This document shows, one piece after another, positions 10,458 through 20,109 of a DNA stretch of 64,000 nucleotides; the stretch's first letter is position 1, and each line of letters opens with the position of its first letter. This stretch comes from Planctomycetota bacterium (GTDB taxonomy: Bacteria > Planctomycetota > UBA8108 > SXIK01): positions 6,848,001 through 6,912,000 of the forward strand of contig OZ244999.1 in NCBI GenBank assembly GCA_965223265.1, read 5' to 3'. The position numbers and the translations under genes were made by a program. A model generated the notes under the pieces. It was not told the origin of the DNA and ran no database searches. It saw nothing but the letters and a program-made list of their open reading frames with translations.

Positions 10458-12395
10458 TCAGTTCGTCGCGTGCTGCCAGAAAAGCACTTCCATCATACCT
10501 CGCTGGAGGTCACGGCGAACGAGCAAAGTGCCGCGGGTCAGCGATCGAGACTGCTCCGTCTTGGCACTCATCTTGACTTCAAAGTGCGTACTGCCGAAGA
10601 CTCCGACTTTCTCCAGATCGTTCTGAACGCGCCGGTACAGACTGTCGAGCTCGCCGCTGACTCGATCAACACCGTCGTCGCGGCGCAGTAGATCTTCGGG
10701 TCCGCCGTCGTGACCGTCGATCAGCTCGAGCTGCTCGAGGCTCGTGAAATAGTTCGTCTCAAGGTCTTCGTACGTGCTAGCGACATACTCGCCAGCGGCC
10801 AGCGAGGTCGACAGTTGGGCCAGCTCCTCGTCGGTCGGTGGTGGCTCCCGTCGTGGTTGACCGAGGTCCGGAATCCCGAAGGCGTCCATACGCTCGACGC
10901 CCTCTTCGTCGGAGGCGACCTCTTGAAAACGATTGCGATAGGCCTCGATATTCGTCGCGACGCCGTCGGCCTCGTCTTCCGTCAGCGAACCGAGGAGCCC
11001 AAAGAGCACCTCAACGCCGACCGTATTCAGATTGATCTTCCCTGCCGACTCGGTGCAGAAGAGATCCCGCAGCCCCAGCGGTAGCCGCGGTTCGATCACG
11101 ATCTCTTCGCCGTTCTCGTCCATCTCGATGAGCGGATCGCTCATGCCCCGCGTCAAACCGTTCGCCAGGAGCCGATCGAACCCCGTGCCCATGGGCAGAT
11201 TCGCGTATGGGCCGCCGAACTCACTCAATGCTGACTCGAGCTGCTCGCGCTGCATTTCCAGGTCGTCTTCGCTGAAGAACGGATCGACGAGGACGAAATC
11301 GCCAAACTCGTCGTGCCGCAGGGTGTGCCCCTCGTTCGTCTCGAACTCATCGCCATCTGCTAACTGCGGAATCGGTCCATAGAAAACTTCCGGTGTGATG
11401 GACTCGAGCGTGAGGAGCTCGGTGACGACATGGACGCGGCTATCTTCGAGACTTTGCTGTCGCTCGAGAACGAAGGCGACAATCTCGCTCGCGATCTGGT
11501 CAGGGAAGTACTTTCGATCATACGTATAGCCGCCACGATTCTCATTCAGACTGAAGAGCATGAGGATCGCGCGACGGAGCATCTCCTGCGTCGCCTGAAC
11601 GCGTTCAGGTAGCGGCGGTAGCGGCGGCTCGGGTGGATCATAGGCGCTCAACTCATCCCCGTATCCGTCCCCGGGTAGCGTCGGGTCGGACCCGTCTCCC
11701 TCGCCCTCGCCGACTCGCTGGATGCCGCCACCAGCCCGGGCGTCTCGCCGCTCGCTTAAGACGCGGTCACGTAGCGACTGCGCGGCCTCCTCTGCTGTTC
11801 GCCCCTCGACTGCGTCCAGAAGGTCCTCGTCGTCGAGGCCCACCACGCCGTCGAACTCTTCTCCGGGCAACCGCACGTAGTCAAAGAGACGATTGAGATC
11901 CAGTCGGCTCTCCGTGTCGCGTGTGCGGATCTTCACGGCGATGTTGCCGATATTCTGCTCGTTGTCGAGAAAGATGTTCTCGCGCAAGTAGTCATACCAA
12001 CGCCCGCCAGCTGCTCCACCTGTGAGCGCGGCGTTCTCGCCAGTGAGCGTCGATAGGTCCATCTCCGGCCCCATTCCCGGCAGGCCAGGAATCCCTGCCG
12101 CGGCGGCAGAATCGCCAGCGGGCATCCCGTCCCCACCTGCTCCCGCTTCCAGGTCACGCTTGAGATCTTCGTTCAGAACGGTCATCACGTAGAGCCCAGC
12201 AGAGTAGAGCGCCGCCGCCGCTTCGACTTCGCCGTAGCGCACAGCCGCGATCTTTGCTTCCATGCTGGTGGAAAAGTGCAGGTGCGAGACGACAAGGTAG
12301 AGCACGACGAACAGAATCATGACGAGAAGCAGCGCGATCCCTCGATCGCGTCTCGCTCCGGCGCGCTCACCGAGTTGGGACGCCTGCAGTTGCAT
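10458..12395 (-). CDS. gspK: General secretion pathway protein K (minor pseudopilin), unusually long
   Basis: Class III prepilin site RRDRG|IALLLVM without Glu5 (typical of GspK), DTESRLDLNRL, VTELLTLESITPEVF and GKINLNT. Confidence 0.8.
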   Translation of the reverse strand: MQLQASQLGERAGARRDRGIALLLVMILFVVLYLVVSHLHFSTSMEAKIAAVRYGEVEAAAALYSAGLYVMTVLNEDLKRDLEAGAGGDGMPAGDSAAAAGIPGLPGMGPEMDLSTLTGENAALTGGAAGGRWYDYLRENIFLDNEQNIGNIAVKIRTRDTESRLDLNRLFDYVRLPGEEFDGVVGLDDEDLLDAVEGRTAEEAAQSLRDRVLSERRDARAGGGIQRVGEGEGDGSDPTLPGDGYGDELSAYDPPEPPLPPLPERVQATQEMLRRAILMLFSLNENRGGYTYDRKYFPDQIASEIVAFVLERQQSLEDSRVHVVTELLTLESITPEVFYGPIPQLADGDEFETNEGHTLRHDEFGDFVLVDPFFSEDDLEMQREQLESALSEFGGPYANLPMGTGFDRLLANGLTRGMSDPLIEMDENGEEIVIEPRLPLGLRDLFCTESAGKINLNTVGVEVLFGLLGSLTEDEADGVATNIEAYRNRFQEVASDEEGVERMDAFGIPDLGQPRREPPPTDEELAQLSTSLAAGEYVASTYEDLETNYFTSLEQLELIDGHDGGPEDLLRRDDGVDRVSGELDSLYRRVQNDLEKVGVFGSTHFEVKMSAKTEQSRSLTRGTLLVRRDLQRGMMEVLFWQHATN

Positions 12396-12827
12396 GTCTC
12401 TCCGGTCTCGTCATCCCACGTTTTTCGGTTCCGAGGCTGTCCCACCCTCGCCGCGCCGCTGCAGCACGCGTCGGAAAGGCTCGAGGTCACGGCACGTTTG
12501 GGAAACACAGCTCGCCGCCTCAATCTACGCGCCCGGCCGTTGGCAAACGGTCCGAACACCCAGACAGGTCATAGCAACTCCGATGCCGCGGCGCTAAAAA
12601 GTGCACAAAACGCCCCTTTCCTTATCGTCACGACTTCCTGAAGTTCTTGTATCATAAACGTTTAATTTTTGTGCTCCAGCCCGGCGCCAACACTGGCGCT
12701 GGGGGTTCCAGCCGCTGCGACTGTTTCAAACTCAAACACTCCCGGAACACGGTTCAACAGCCGCCGCCGCCGCGAGACTGGAAAAGAGCTGTAACCCACG
12801 AAATCGACTACAGTTAATGTCCAGACT

Positions 12828-14531
12828 ATGCCCCCACCGATGCCACCGGCGCAGTTAGGGCGACGCTCGCTAGCCGCCGGCGAGCTCCACCGCATCTCGC
12901 ACCGCTTCACCGACGTGGTGGTTCTCGGCACCGGCGTGGCGGGGCTATCAGCTGCGCTGGAGGCCGCCGCTCACCCCCAAACGCGCGTCCTCGTGATCGC
13001 CAAAGAGGGCCTCGAGGAGACGGCGACCCTCTACGCTCAGGGGGGGATCGCGGCGGTTCTCGAGCCGGGGCTCACCGGAGACAGCATCGAGTCGCACATC
13101 GAGGACACCCTTCGCGTCAGCGGCGGCCTCTGTGATCCGGCGGCAGTGCGGGCCACCGTCGTCGAGGGAGTCGAGCGCGTCCGGCAGCTCATTGAGCTCG
13201 GTGCTGAGTGGGATCGCGGCAGCGACGGCACTCTCCACTACACGCTCGAGGCGGGGCACTCGAAGCGGAGGATCCTGCATCGCGGTGACACAACAGGCCG
13301 CGAACTGCAGCGCGTTTTGACGTCAGCGGCGCACGCCCACCCACGCGTCAACATTCTCGAGCACACTTTCGCGATCGACTTGATCACGCCGTCGGTGACG
13401 AGCGAGCGAGACCGACGCGACGACGCCGTCACCGGTGTGCTCGTGTGCCGGCACCACGGCGGTCTGGAGGCGGTGTGGGCCAAACAGACAATTCTCGCCA
13501 CCGGTGGACTCGGCCGACTTTTTCGCGAGACGACGAATCCCACCGTCGCCACTGGCGACGGCGTCGCCATGGCGTTTCGCGCCGGCGCGGTGATTCAGGA
13601 CCTAGAGTTCGTGCAGTTTCACCCGACGACGCTCTATCTGGCTGGCGCCGATCGCTTCCTGATCACAGAGGCGGTTCGCGGCGAAGGCGGCGTGTTGGTC
13701 GATCGACAAGGTCATCGCTTCATGAATCGATTCCACCCGCGCGCTGATTTGGCACCGCGCGACGTGGTTTCGCGTGCCATCATCACGGTGCTGCGCGAGA
13801 GCGGCGACAACAAAGTATTCCTCGACCTGTCGCCCATTCCACCCGAACGCATCCGTGAGCGATTCCCGCAGATTCGAGAAAAGCTGCGCGGCTTCGGGAT
13901 CGACATCCTCAAAGAGCCGATTCCGGTACGGCCGAGCGCACACTATAGCGTCGGTGGCGTGCAAACGGATTTGCAAGGCCGAACGAGCGTACCGGGTCTC
14001 TTCGCCGTCGGTGAAGTCGCTTCCACAGGACTCCACGGCGCCAATCGGTTGGCGTCGAACTCGCTCCTCGAAGGCCTCGTCTTCGGGCACCGGGCCGGCG
14101 CCCGGGCGGCAGAGGAGTCCGTGCAACACCGTCGACCCGAGCCGACGTCGGTCCGCGTCTCACCTGAGAGTTCGACGGCGCCGCCCGGAGTCGATTTGGA
14201 AGACCTCGCGGTGAGCCTCCGTAGTCTGCTGTGGCGGAACGTTGGCGTTGAACGAAATGTCGCAGGCCTCGAAAGGGCACTCGAACAAATCGGCCATTGG
14301 ATCCCGTACGGCCTCGGGAGCAACTTCCACGACGTGAGCAGTTGGACGACCCAAAACATGCTCCAGGTCGCTTATTTACTGTCGCTCAGCGCACTCCGGC
14401 GCCAGGAGTCACGCGGTGTCCATTTTCGCGTCGACTTCCCGGAACCGGACGAACTGAACTGGAACAGACACCTGACGCTTCACCGTAGCGATTTCCTGGA
14501 CGCTCGAAGTGGGAAGACCTCTGAGGCGTAG
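12828..14531 (+). CDS. nadB: L-aspartate oxidase
   Basis: FAD motif VLGTGVAGL, YAQGGIAAV, EAGHSKRRILH, EFVQFHPT, FLITEAVRGEG, GLHGANRLASNSLLEGLVFG and RQESRGVHFRVDFP. Confidence 0.95.
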   Translation: MPPPMPPAQLGRRSLAAGELHRISHRFTDVVVLGTGVAGLSAALEAAAHPQTRVLVIAKEGLEETATLYAQGGIAAVLEPGLTGDSIESHIEDTLRVSGGLCDPAAVRATVVEGVERVRQLIELGAEWDRGSDGTLHYTLEAGHSKRRILHRGDTTGRELQRVLTSAAHAHPRVNILEHTFAIDLITPSVTSERDRRDDAVTGVLVCRHHGGLEAVWAKQTILATGGLGRLFRETTNPTVATGDGVAMAFRAGAVIQDLEFVQFHPTTLYLAGADRFLITEAVRGEGGVLVDRQGHRFMNRFHPRADLAPRDVVSRAIITVLRESGDNKVFLDLSPIPPERIRERFPQIREKLRGFGIDILKEPIPVRPSAHYSVGGVQTDLQGRTSVPGLFAVGEVASTGLHGANRLASNSLLEGLVFGHRAGARAAEESVQHRRPEPTSVRVSPESSTAPPGVDLEDLAVSLRSLLWRNVGVERNVAGLERALEQIGHWIPYGLGSNFHDVSSWTTQNMLQVAYLLSLSALRRQESRGVHFRVDFPEPDELNWNRHLTLHRSDFLDARSGKTSEA

Positions 14532-14710
14532 CCAAAAGCACGTCCTGGAGATAATAATAATGATGACTTGGTCGCCCTGGCGACTCGGAGCCATCGGGCA
14601 TCGACAACACCACGACGCATAACGAACACCGACTCGGCCGACTGTCGGCTCACGGCGCCGGGCACAACTTACTCTACTTTGATAGGGAGCGACGGGCAGA
14701 AGCGAAGCAC

Positions 14711-16009
14711 ATGGAGCAGAACGAACTCAAGACAGAAACGGCGCTCGTCGCCAAGGCAAACGTCTCGCGCGACCGCGCTGAGGAGCCCCTCGCAGAGATC
14801 ACTTCCCTAGCGAAGACAGCAGGAGCTGTTGTCGTCGACAGTGTCGTTCAGAATCTGTCGCGCCCGCACCCTGGAACCTACATGGGACGAGGGAAAGTCG
14901 ACGAAGTGGCGAACCGAGCGAACGAGCTTGACGTCGACATGGTGATCACAGACAACGACCTGAGTCCAGCGCAGGAGCGCAATCTCGAGCGTATCACCAA
15001 CCGCAAAGTGGTCGATCGCAGCCAGCTGATCATGGATATCTTCACGCAGCGCGCGTGCACGCGACAAGCAAAGCTGCAGGTCGAGCTTGCACAGCTTCGC
15101 TATACGCTGCCGCGACTCAAACGCATGTGGACGCATCTCGATCGCTTCAAAGCGGGAATCGGCATGCGCGGCCCAGGTGAAACACAGCTCGAAGAAGACA
15201 AGCGCCTCATCAGCAAGAGAATTCAGAAGCTCAAGAGCCAGCTCAAGAAGATCGAGGAGCGGAGGCAAAACTTCACAACGCGCCGCGAACAAGAATTCGT
15301 TGTCGCGCTCGTCGGCTACACGAACGCCGGCAAGTCGACGCTGCTCAACAAGCTGACCAACTCTGCCGAACTCGTCGAAGACAAACTGTTCGCGACGCTC
15401 GACACGCGCGTTCGCCGCTGGACGCTCGCGGATCACCGCTATGTCCTGCTCACCGACACCGTCGGCTTCATTCGTAATTTGCCCCACCATTTGGTGGCCA
15501 GTTTTCACGCCACTCTGGCGGAGACGCGGGACGCCGATCTGCTCCTGCATGTGGTCGACGCCAGTTCCAAGCAGGCGGAGCAGCACATCCAGACGGTGCG
15601 CCGTGTCCTCCATCAGCTCAAGTGCGACCACAAGGAGTCCTGGGTCGTCTTCAACAAGTGGGACAAGGTGCCTCGAGAGCGACTGATCGAGGCTCGTCAC
15701 CTCGAGGAAAAGCTTCTGCCGAGTGAAAAGTGTTTCCGCGTCTCGGCGCACACAGGTGTTGGACTAGATGAGCTGGCGGCAGCAGTGCTCGATCGACTTC
15801 GACAAGACGACGTCGACATCAAAATCGTTGTGGCGCATCGTCGCGGTGACGTCATCGCCTTTTTGCGTGAAAACGCCAACGTTCGTGAAACGCGCTACGA
15901 AACTGACGGCGTTCACGTCGACGCAAGTCTGTCACCGGCGCGCTTCGCGAAGTTGCGTTCGCTCTATCCAGAGGCGTTTCCGGCGCGAAAGAAGGAGCCA
16001 TGGGAATAA
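14711..16009 (+). CDS. hflX: Ribosome-splitting GTPase HflX
   Basis: LSPAQERNLE, GMRGPGETQLE, G1 VGYTNAGKST, DKLFATLD, DTVGFI and G4 NKWD. Confidence 0.97.
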   Translation: MEQNELKTETALVAKANVSRDRAEEPLAEITSLAKTAGAVVVDSVVQNLSRPHPGTYMGRGKVDEVANRANELDVDMVITDNDLSPAQERNLERITNRKVVDRSQLIMDIFTQRACTRQAKLQVELAQLRYTLPRLKRMWTHLDRFKAGIGMRGPGETQLEEDKRLISKRIQKLKSQLKKIEERRQNFTTRREQEFVVALVGYTNAGKSTLLNKLTNSAELVEDKLFATLDTRVRRWTLADHRYVLLTDTVGFIRNLPHHLVASFHATLAETRDADLLLHVVDASSKQAEQHIQTVRRVLHQLKCDHKESWVVFNKWDKVPRERLIEARHLEEKLLPSEKCFRVSAHTGVGLDELAAAVLDRLRQDDVDIKIVVAHRRGDVIAFLRENANVRETRYETDGVHVDASLSPARFAKLRSLYPEAFPARKKEPWE

Positions 16010-16121
16010 CCGCGCCATCACGGCATCCTTCGTGCCTGAGGGCTAGCGTAGACGCCGACCCGGTCAACTATCGACGACGTTTCGAGAAGATCACGGCCAA
16101 CTACTGGAACCGAACGCGAAC

Positions 16122-17003
16122 ATGAGCCCACTCACTGGCAACGACTACTACGACATTCTTGGAGTCAGTCGCGACGCGAGTGCCAAAGCGATCCAGAAGG
16201 CATACCGCAAACTGGCGATGAAGTACCACCCGGACAAGAACCCGGGCGACAAAGCGGCCGAAGAGCGCTTCAAGGAGATCTCCGAAGCGTATGAGGTCCT
16301 CTCCGACGAGAAGAAGCGTCAAATGTATGACGCACATGGTACCGAGGGGCTGCGGGACATGGGCTTCGAGGGTTTCGCGACCACCGACGATGTCTTCGCC
16401 CACTTCGGCGACCTCTTTGGCGAGCTGTTCGGCGCGCGCGGGTTCGATCCGGGTGGCTTTCAGACGACGTTTCGCACCGGCCCGCAGATGCCTCGACGTG
16501 GGCGCGACGTGCGGCAGCGAGTGGAGGTAGGATTCCGCGATGCGGCCTTGGGTACTTCACTGCAGCTTCGTGGTGCACACCTAGGAGGGCAGACGATCTC
16601 AGTCAAGATCCCGGCCGGCGTCGATGACGGCTCGGTGCTGCGGCTCAGTCGGCAGGGAGAGGCCGGCGCCGGCGGCGGCGATCGCGGCGACCTTCTTCTC
16701 GAGATCCACGTCCTGTCCGACTCGCAGCTGGAACGCGACGGGCTCAACATACGCTCAGCAATCAAAGTGCCGCTGAAGACCGCACTTCTTGGTGGCACGG
16801 TCGATGTCGCGACGCTGCGCGGGACCATTGGGCTCAAAATTCCACCGATGACGTCTTCGGATACGTGGCTAAGGCTTCGTGGACAAGGAGTGCAGCAGCG
16901 CGAGACGGCTGGCGATCATCTCGTACGCGTCATCATCAAGCTTCCTACGGAACTGCCGGACGAGCTCCGCACGCTGGCGGAAGAGCTGCCGGACGGAGGT
17001 TAG
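16122..17003 (+). CDS. DnaJ-class co-chaperone (class II/CbpA-like, no zinc finger)
   Basis: J domain [14 protein letters not shown], a G/F-rich linker, and DnaJ-C motifs [10 protein letters not shown] and GDLLLEI; no CxxCxGxG repeats. Confidence 0.92.
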   Translation: MSPLTGNDYYDILGVSRDASAKAIQKAYRKLAMKYHPDKNPGDKAAEERFKEISEAYEVLSDEKKRQMYDAHGTEGLRDMGFEGFATTDDVFAHFGDLFGELFGARGFDPGGFQTTFRTGPQMPRRGRDVRQRVEVGFRDAALGTSLQLRGAHLGGQTISVKIPAGVDDGSVLRLSRQGEAGAGGGDRGDLLLEIHVLSDSQLERDGLNIRSAIKVPLKTALLGGTVDVATLRGTIGLKIPPMTSSDTWLRLRGQGVQQRETAGDHLVRVIIKLPTELPDELRTLAEELPDGG

Positions 17004-17035
17004 CAGCCCGTTGTTTGCGACATTGGGGACCAGGC

Positions 17036-17196
17036 GGATGACGATGACTTCGTCAGAGGCGGAGGCAGATGACGGACGCAGAGGCCGATGACGGAGTCGG
17101 AGGCTGGAGGCGGATGACTTTGTCAGGGGCGGAGGCAGATGGCGGAGTCGGAGGCTGAGGCAGAGGCAGATGACAGATGCAGATGACGGAGTCGGA
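17036..17196. repeat. Degenerate hexamer-periodic purine-rich tract (GGCAGA/TGACGG/AGTCGG words)
   Basis: Reiterated ggaggcagatgacgga, ggagtcggaggct and gatgactt..gtcag; the same words recur at 17441-17490. Confidence 0.7.
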
Positions 17197-17324
17197 CCCT
17201 ACAGTTGCATAAGTTTTTCGCGGGAAGGGCTCAGAACCTTGTCGTCAGGTTCGATCGGCGGTTGTGGAGCGTCGCGGCGGACTTCACGTTTGGCGAGGTT
17301 TGCCGGTGTGCCGTATTCCCGCCC

Positions 17325-17400
17325 ACGCCCACGGTCACGCCCACGGTCACGGTCACGCACACCCACACCCACACCCACACCCACACCCACGGTCACGCAA
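17325..17400. repeat. Hexamer microsatellite (CACGCC/CACGGT/CACACC)n
   Basis: cacgcccacggtcacgcccacggtcacggtcacgcacacccacacccacacccacacccacacccacggtcacg. Confidence 0.85.
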
Positions 17401-17513
17401 ACGCGCATGGCCTAAAAGTGCTTCTCTTTTGCAACAATGGGGTCGGAGGCTGATGCAGAGGCTGATGCAGAGTCGGACGAGAAGCAGACTCTACAGCATG
17501 TAAGTCTTTCGCA

Positions 17514-17547
17514 CGGACGGCACACGGAGTGTGCCTGCTGCTTTAGC
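17514..17547 (-). repeat. GTAG-family REP element (single copy), site of the IS1634 insertion
   Basis: cggacggcacacggagtgtgcctgctgctttagc, with hairpin GGCACAC-gga-GTGTGCC. It differs by one base from the array units at 32.5-33.0 kb. Confidence 0.85.
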
Positions 17548-17623
17548 CCGAACTTCCAAAGAAAGGCACTCGTAAATTCAGCGCAGGTCCGGCTTTGCGA
17601 TGCACCGCAATCGTCAATTCTGA

Positions 17624-18104
17624 CTACATGCGCTCGGTCAGCGACACGCGCAGTAAACGAAGCGCTTGTCGCTGTTCGGGCGACGGCTCGGTGATCACCT
17701 CGAACTCAGCCTTGGAGCTCAGCGGGGAAGCGACGCGATTGCGAGCGATCGTGGCCAAGTCCTGCAGCAGGGTTCGAAAACTATGGGCACACTTGCCGTC
17801 GAGAGTGCGCTTGGTCCAGTCCTTCCACTTCGCCATCTCGGAGCGAACGGCTGGTGTCACCGGCGACTTTCTCCGGTTCACTTCGTCGGCGAACTCATCG
17901 TGAAAGAGCATCGGCTTTAGCGCTTGTTGCATGTGCCACTGGACGTAGTAGGCGAGCATGCAGAGAAATACGTGAGCTCTCACACGTTTCTCTGCATAGT
18001 GAAAAATTGGACGCACTTCGAGATCGACCGTCTTCATACTGCGAAAAGCCCGCTCCACCTTGCTGAGGCTTTTGTATGCCCTCACGGCTTGCCGGGCACT
18101 TAGC
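17624..18104 (-). pseudogene. Duplicated 3' fragment of the IS1634 transposase
   Basis: 17548-18104 reads as identical to 18105-18661 and encodes only the C-terminal ~155 aa. Confidence 0.88.
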
Positions 18105-18180
18105 CCGAACTTCCAAAGAAAGGCACTCGTAAATTCAGCGCAGGTCCGGCTTTGCGATGCACCGCAATCGTCAATTCTGA

Positions 18181-19926
18181 CTACATGCGCTCGGTCAGCG
18201 ACACGCGCAGTAAACGAAGCGCTTGTCGCTGTTCGGGCGACGGCTCGGTGATCACCTCGAACTCAGCCTTGGAGCTCAGCGGGGAAGCGACGCGATTGCG
18301 AGCGATCGTGGCCAAGTCCTGCAGCAGGGTTCGAAAACTATGGGCACACTTGCCGTCGAGAGTGCGCTTGGTCCAGTCCTTCCACTTCGCCATCTCGGAG
18401 CGAACGGCTGGTGTCACCGGCGACTTTCTCCGGTTCACTTCGTCGGCGAACTCATCGTGAAAGAGCATCGGCTTTAGCGCTTGTTGCATGTGCCACTGGA
18501 CGTAGTAGGCGAGCATGCAGAGAAATACGTGAGCTCTCACACGTTTCTCTGCATAGTGAAAAATTGGACGCACTTCGAGATCGACCGTCTTCATACTGCG
18601 AAAAGCCCGCTCCACCTTGCTGAGGCTTTTGTATGCCCTCACGGCTTGCCGGGCACTTAGCTTTCGTTTCGGCACAGTCGTTCGCAGGACGTAGAATCCG
18701 TCCAAGGCGGCTTCACGTTCGATTCGTGGTGCATTGCGCCGGAAACGAAACGTGCTCTCTGCGATCGTCAGGTCAAACAGCTTACCCACCTTGAATCGAC
18801 CTATGACTTTACCGACTCGAATGCCAATCTTCGCCCGGCTCCGAAGTCTTCCTGCTTTGACTGCGGCAGCGACTTTCCAGAGGTGCTTTTCGGTAGCCTG
18901 CAGCAGCTCCTCGCGCTTTCTCCTGCGCTCTTCGGCCAGGAGAGGGTTACGGCAAACGATGAGGCGTTCGTTGGGAAACGAAGGATCATCTATTTCGGCG
19001 AGATTCTGCTGGTCAAAGAACTCAAGCTGAATGCTTCCCGACTCTTTCAGCTTTTGGATCTGGGGCGCTCGCAGCGCTGTGATCCAGTCCACACCGTCAA
19101 TGTCTTTGAGCTCTTCGCGAATTCGCGCCGTGGTGATCATGCCGCGATCTCCCACGAGAGTCATTCGCGACAGTTCGAAATCTTCTCGAAGTCGCTTCAC
19201 CTGGGCTCCGAGAGTCTTGGGGTCTGCAGTGTTCCCCTCAAACACTTCGACAGAAACTGGGCAGCCGTCTTTGTTCGTCAAAACGCCAAATACGATCTGC
19301 GCTTTATGCTTTTTCTCGTCGCGGCTGTGACCCCGTCTTGCCAGCGAACAGCAGCGGCCTTCAAAGTACGTCGAAGTTAAATCGTAGAGCGTTAGCTCAC
19401 CGTCTTTGAGGTGACGCTTGGCCAACTTGACTTGGATCTTTCTCTGACGCTCAACGAGCCAATCCATCGCCTTGTAGAGATCGTTTTCATCTACGTTCTC
19501 CAGCCCCAGTAGCTGCGGAATCGTCGTCGCCTTCCAGGCCCTTGTTGTAGCTAGCTTCGACTGTGGAGAAATAATCCTCGCGGCGATCATCGCCAAGGCG
19601 CACTGGCGCTCACTACTCGCCCGCCCATCAAGGATCGTGTCGAGACCAAGATTGCGCATGGTGCCCAGCACCGCGGCGACGTGACCGTGGCTGCGAGTGG
19701 AGAGAATCTTGAAAGCGTCACTCGCAGAGACGAACTGCTCTCCCTTCAAGGCGCGGCGAACGAGGTCGATCACTTCCAGCGGCAAATGAGAGAGATTGGC
19801 CAGCGTGACGTTACGAACCTTCTTGCCGTCGCGATATGTGCGTCGAAGGAGGTGGCTCTGATAGGTCTTACCCTTGTATTTTCTCTTCGTTGTGACCACA
19901 TGGGCCGATCCACCTCTCTTCGCCAT
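18181..19926 (-). CDS. IS1634-family DDE transposase
   Basis: LLRRTYRDGKKVRNVTLANLS, LYDLTSTYFEG, GHSRDEK, VFEGNTAD, LVGDRGM, YKSLSKVERAFRSMK and RVRAHVFLCMLAY. ATG 19926 preferred; the ORF is open to 19944. Confidence 0.95.
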   Translation of the reverse strand: MAKRGGSAHVVTTKRKYKGKTYQSHLLRRTYRDGKKVRNVTLANLSHLPLEVIDLVRRALKGEQFVSASDAFKILSTRSHGHVAAVLGTMRNLGLDTILDGRASSERQCALAMIAARIISPQSKLATTRAWKATTIPQLLGLENVDENDLYKAMDWLVERQRKIQVKLAKRHLKDGELTLYDLTSTYFEGRCCSLARRGHSRDEKKHKAQIVFGVLTNKDGCPVSVEVFEGNTADPKTLGAQVKRLREDFELSRMTLVGDRGMITTARIREELKDIDGVDWITALRAPQIQKLKESGSIQLEFFDQQNLAEIDDPSFPNERLIVCRNPLLAEERRRKREELLQATEKHLWKVAAAVKAGRLRSRAKIGIRVGKVIGRFKVGKLFDLTIAESTFRFRRNAPRIEREAALDGFYVLRTTVPKRKLSARQAVRAYKSLSKVERAFRSMKTVDLEVRPIFHYAEKRVRAHVFLCMLAYYVQWHMQQALKPMLFHDEFADEVNRRKSPVTPAVRSEMAKWKDWTKRTLDGKCAHSFRTLLQDLATIARNRVASPLSSKAEFEVITEPSPEQRQALRLLRVSLTERM

Positions 19927-19933
19927 GAGCAGC

Positions 19934-19961
19934 ATTATGCGCATCTTGACGTGAAAGGCAA
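19934..19961 (-). promoter_or_regulatory. Possible sigma70-like promoter giving a leaderless transposase mRNA
   Basis: The minus strand reads TTGCCT-N16-CATAAT-N7-ATG(19926), with no Shine-Dalgarno sequence before that ATG. Confidence 0.35.
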
Positions 19962-20109
19962 GGAGGAATCCTCCATTTTAGTGACTACATCTCGGGGCGC
20001 AAAAAACTCTGCAACCTCCTACGTTGTCAATCCTTGCGGCCGAAACCCGCTCAGGCAAGCGTGGAAGTTCGGTTTAGCACACGTAATGGCGCACGGCCTT
20101 GAAGCCGCC

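Larger units (their letters stand above)
17548..20072 (-). mobile_element. IS1634-family insertion sequence (intact unit 18105-20072) plus a tandem 557-bp duplicate of its transposase-distal end
   Basis: TIR ccgaacttcca (17548-17558 and again 18105-18115) pairs with tggaagttcgg (20062-20072). The 6-bp direct repeat TTTAGC lies at 17542-17547 and 20073-20078. Confidence 0.92.

Noticed and set aside
17170-17503. Short ORFs with PTPT, HTHT or HPHP repeats
   Set aside because: They are translations of the hexamer microsatellite.
17624-18085. Independent second transposase gene
   Set aside because: It is an exact duplicate of the transposase C-terminus and lacks most of the catalytic domain.
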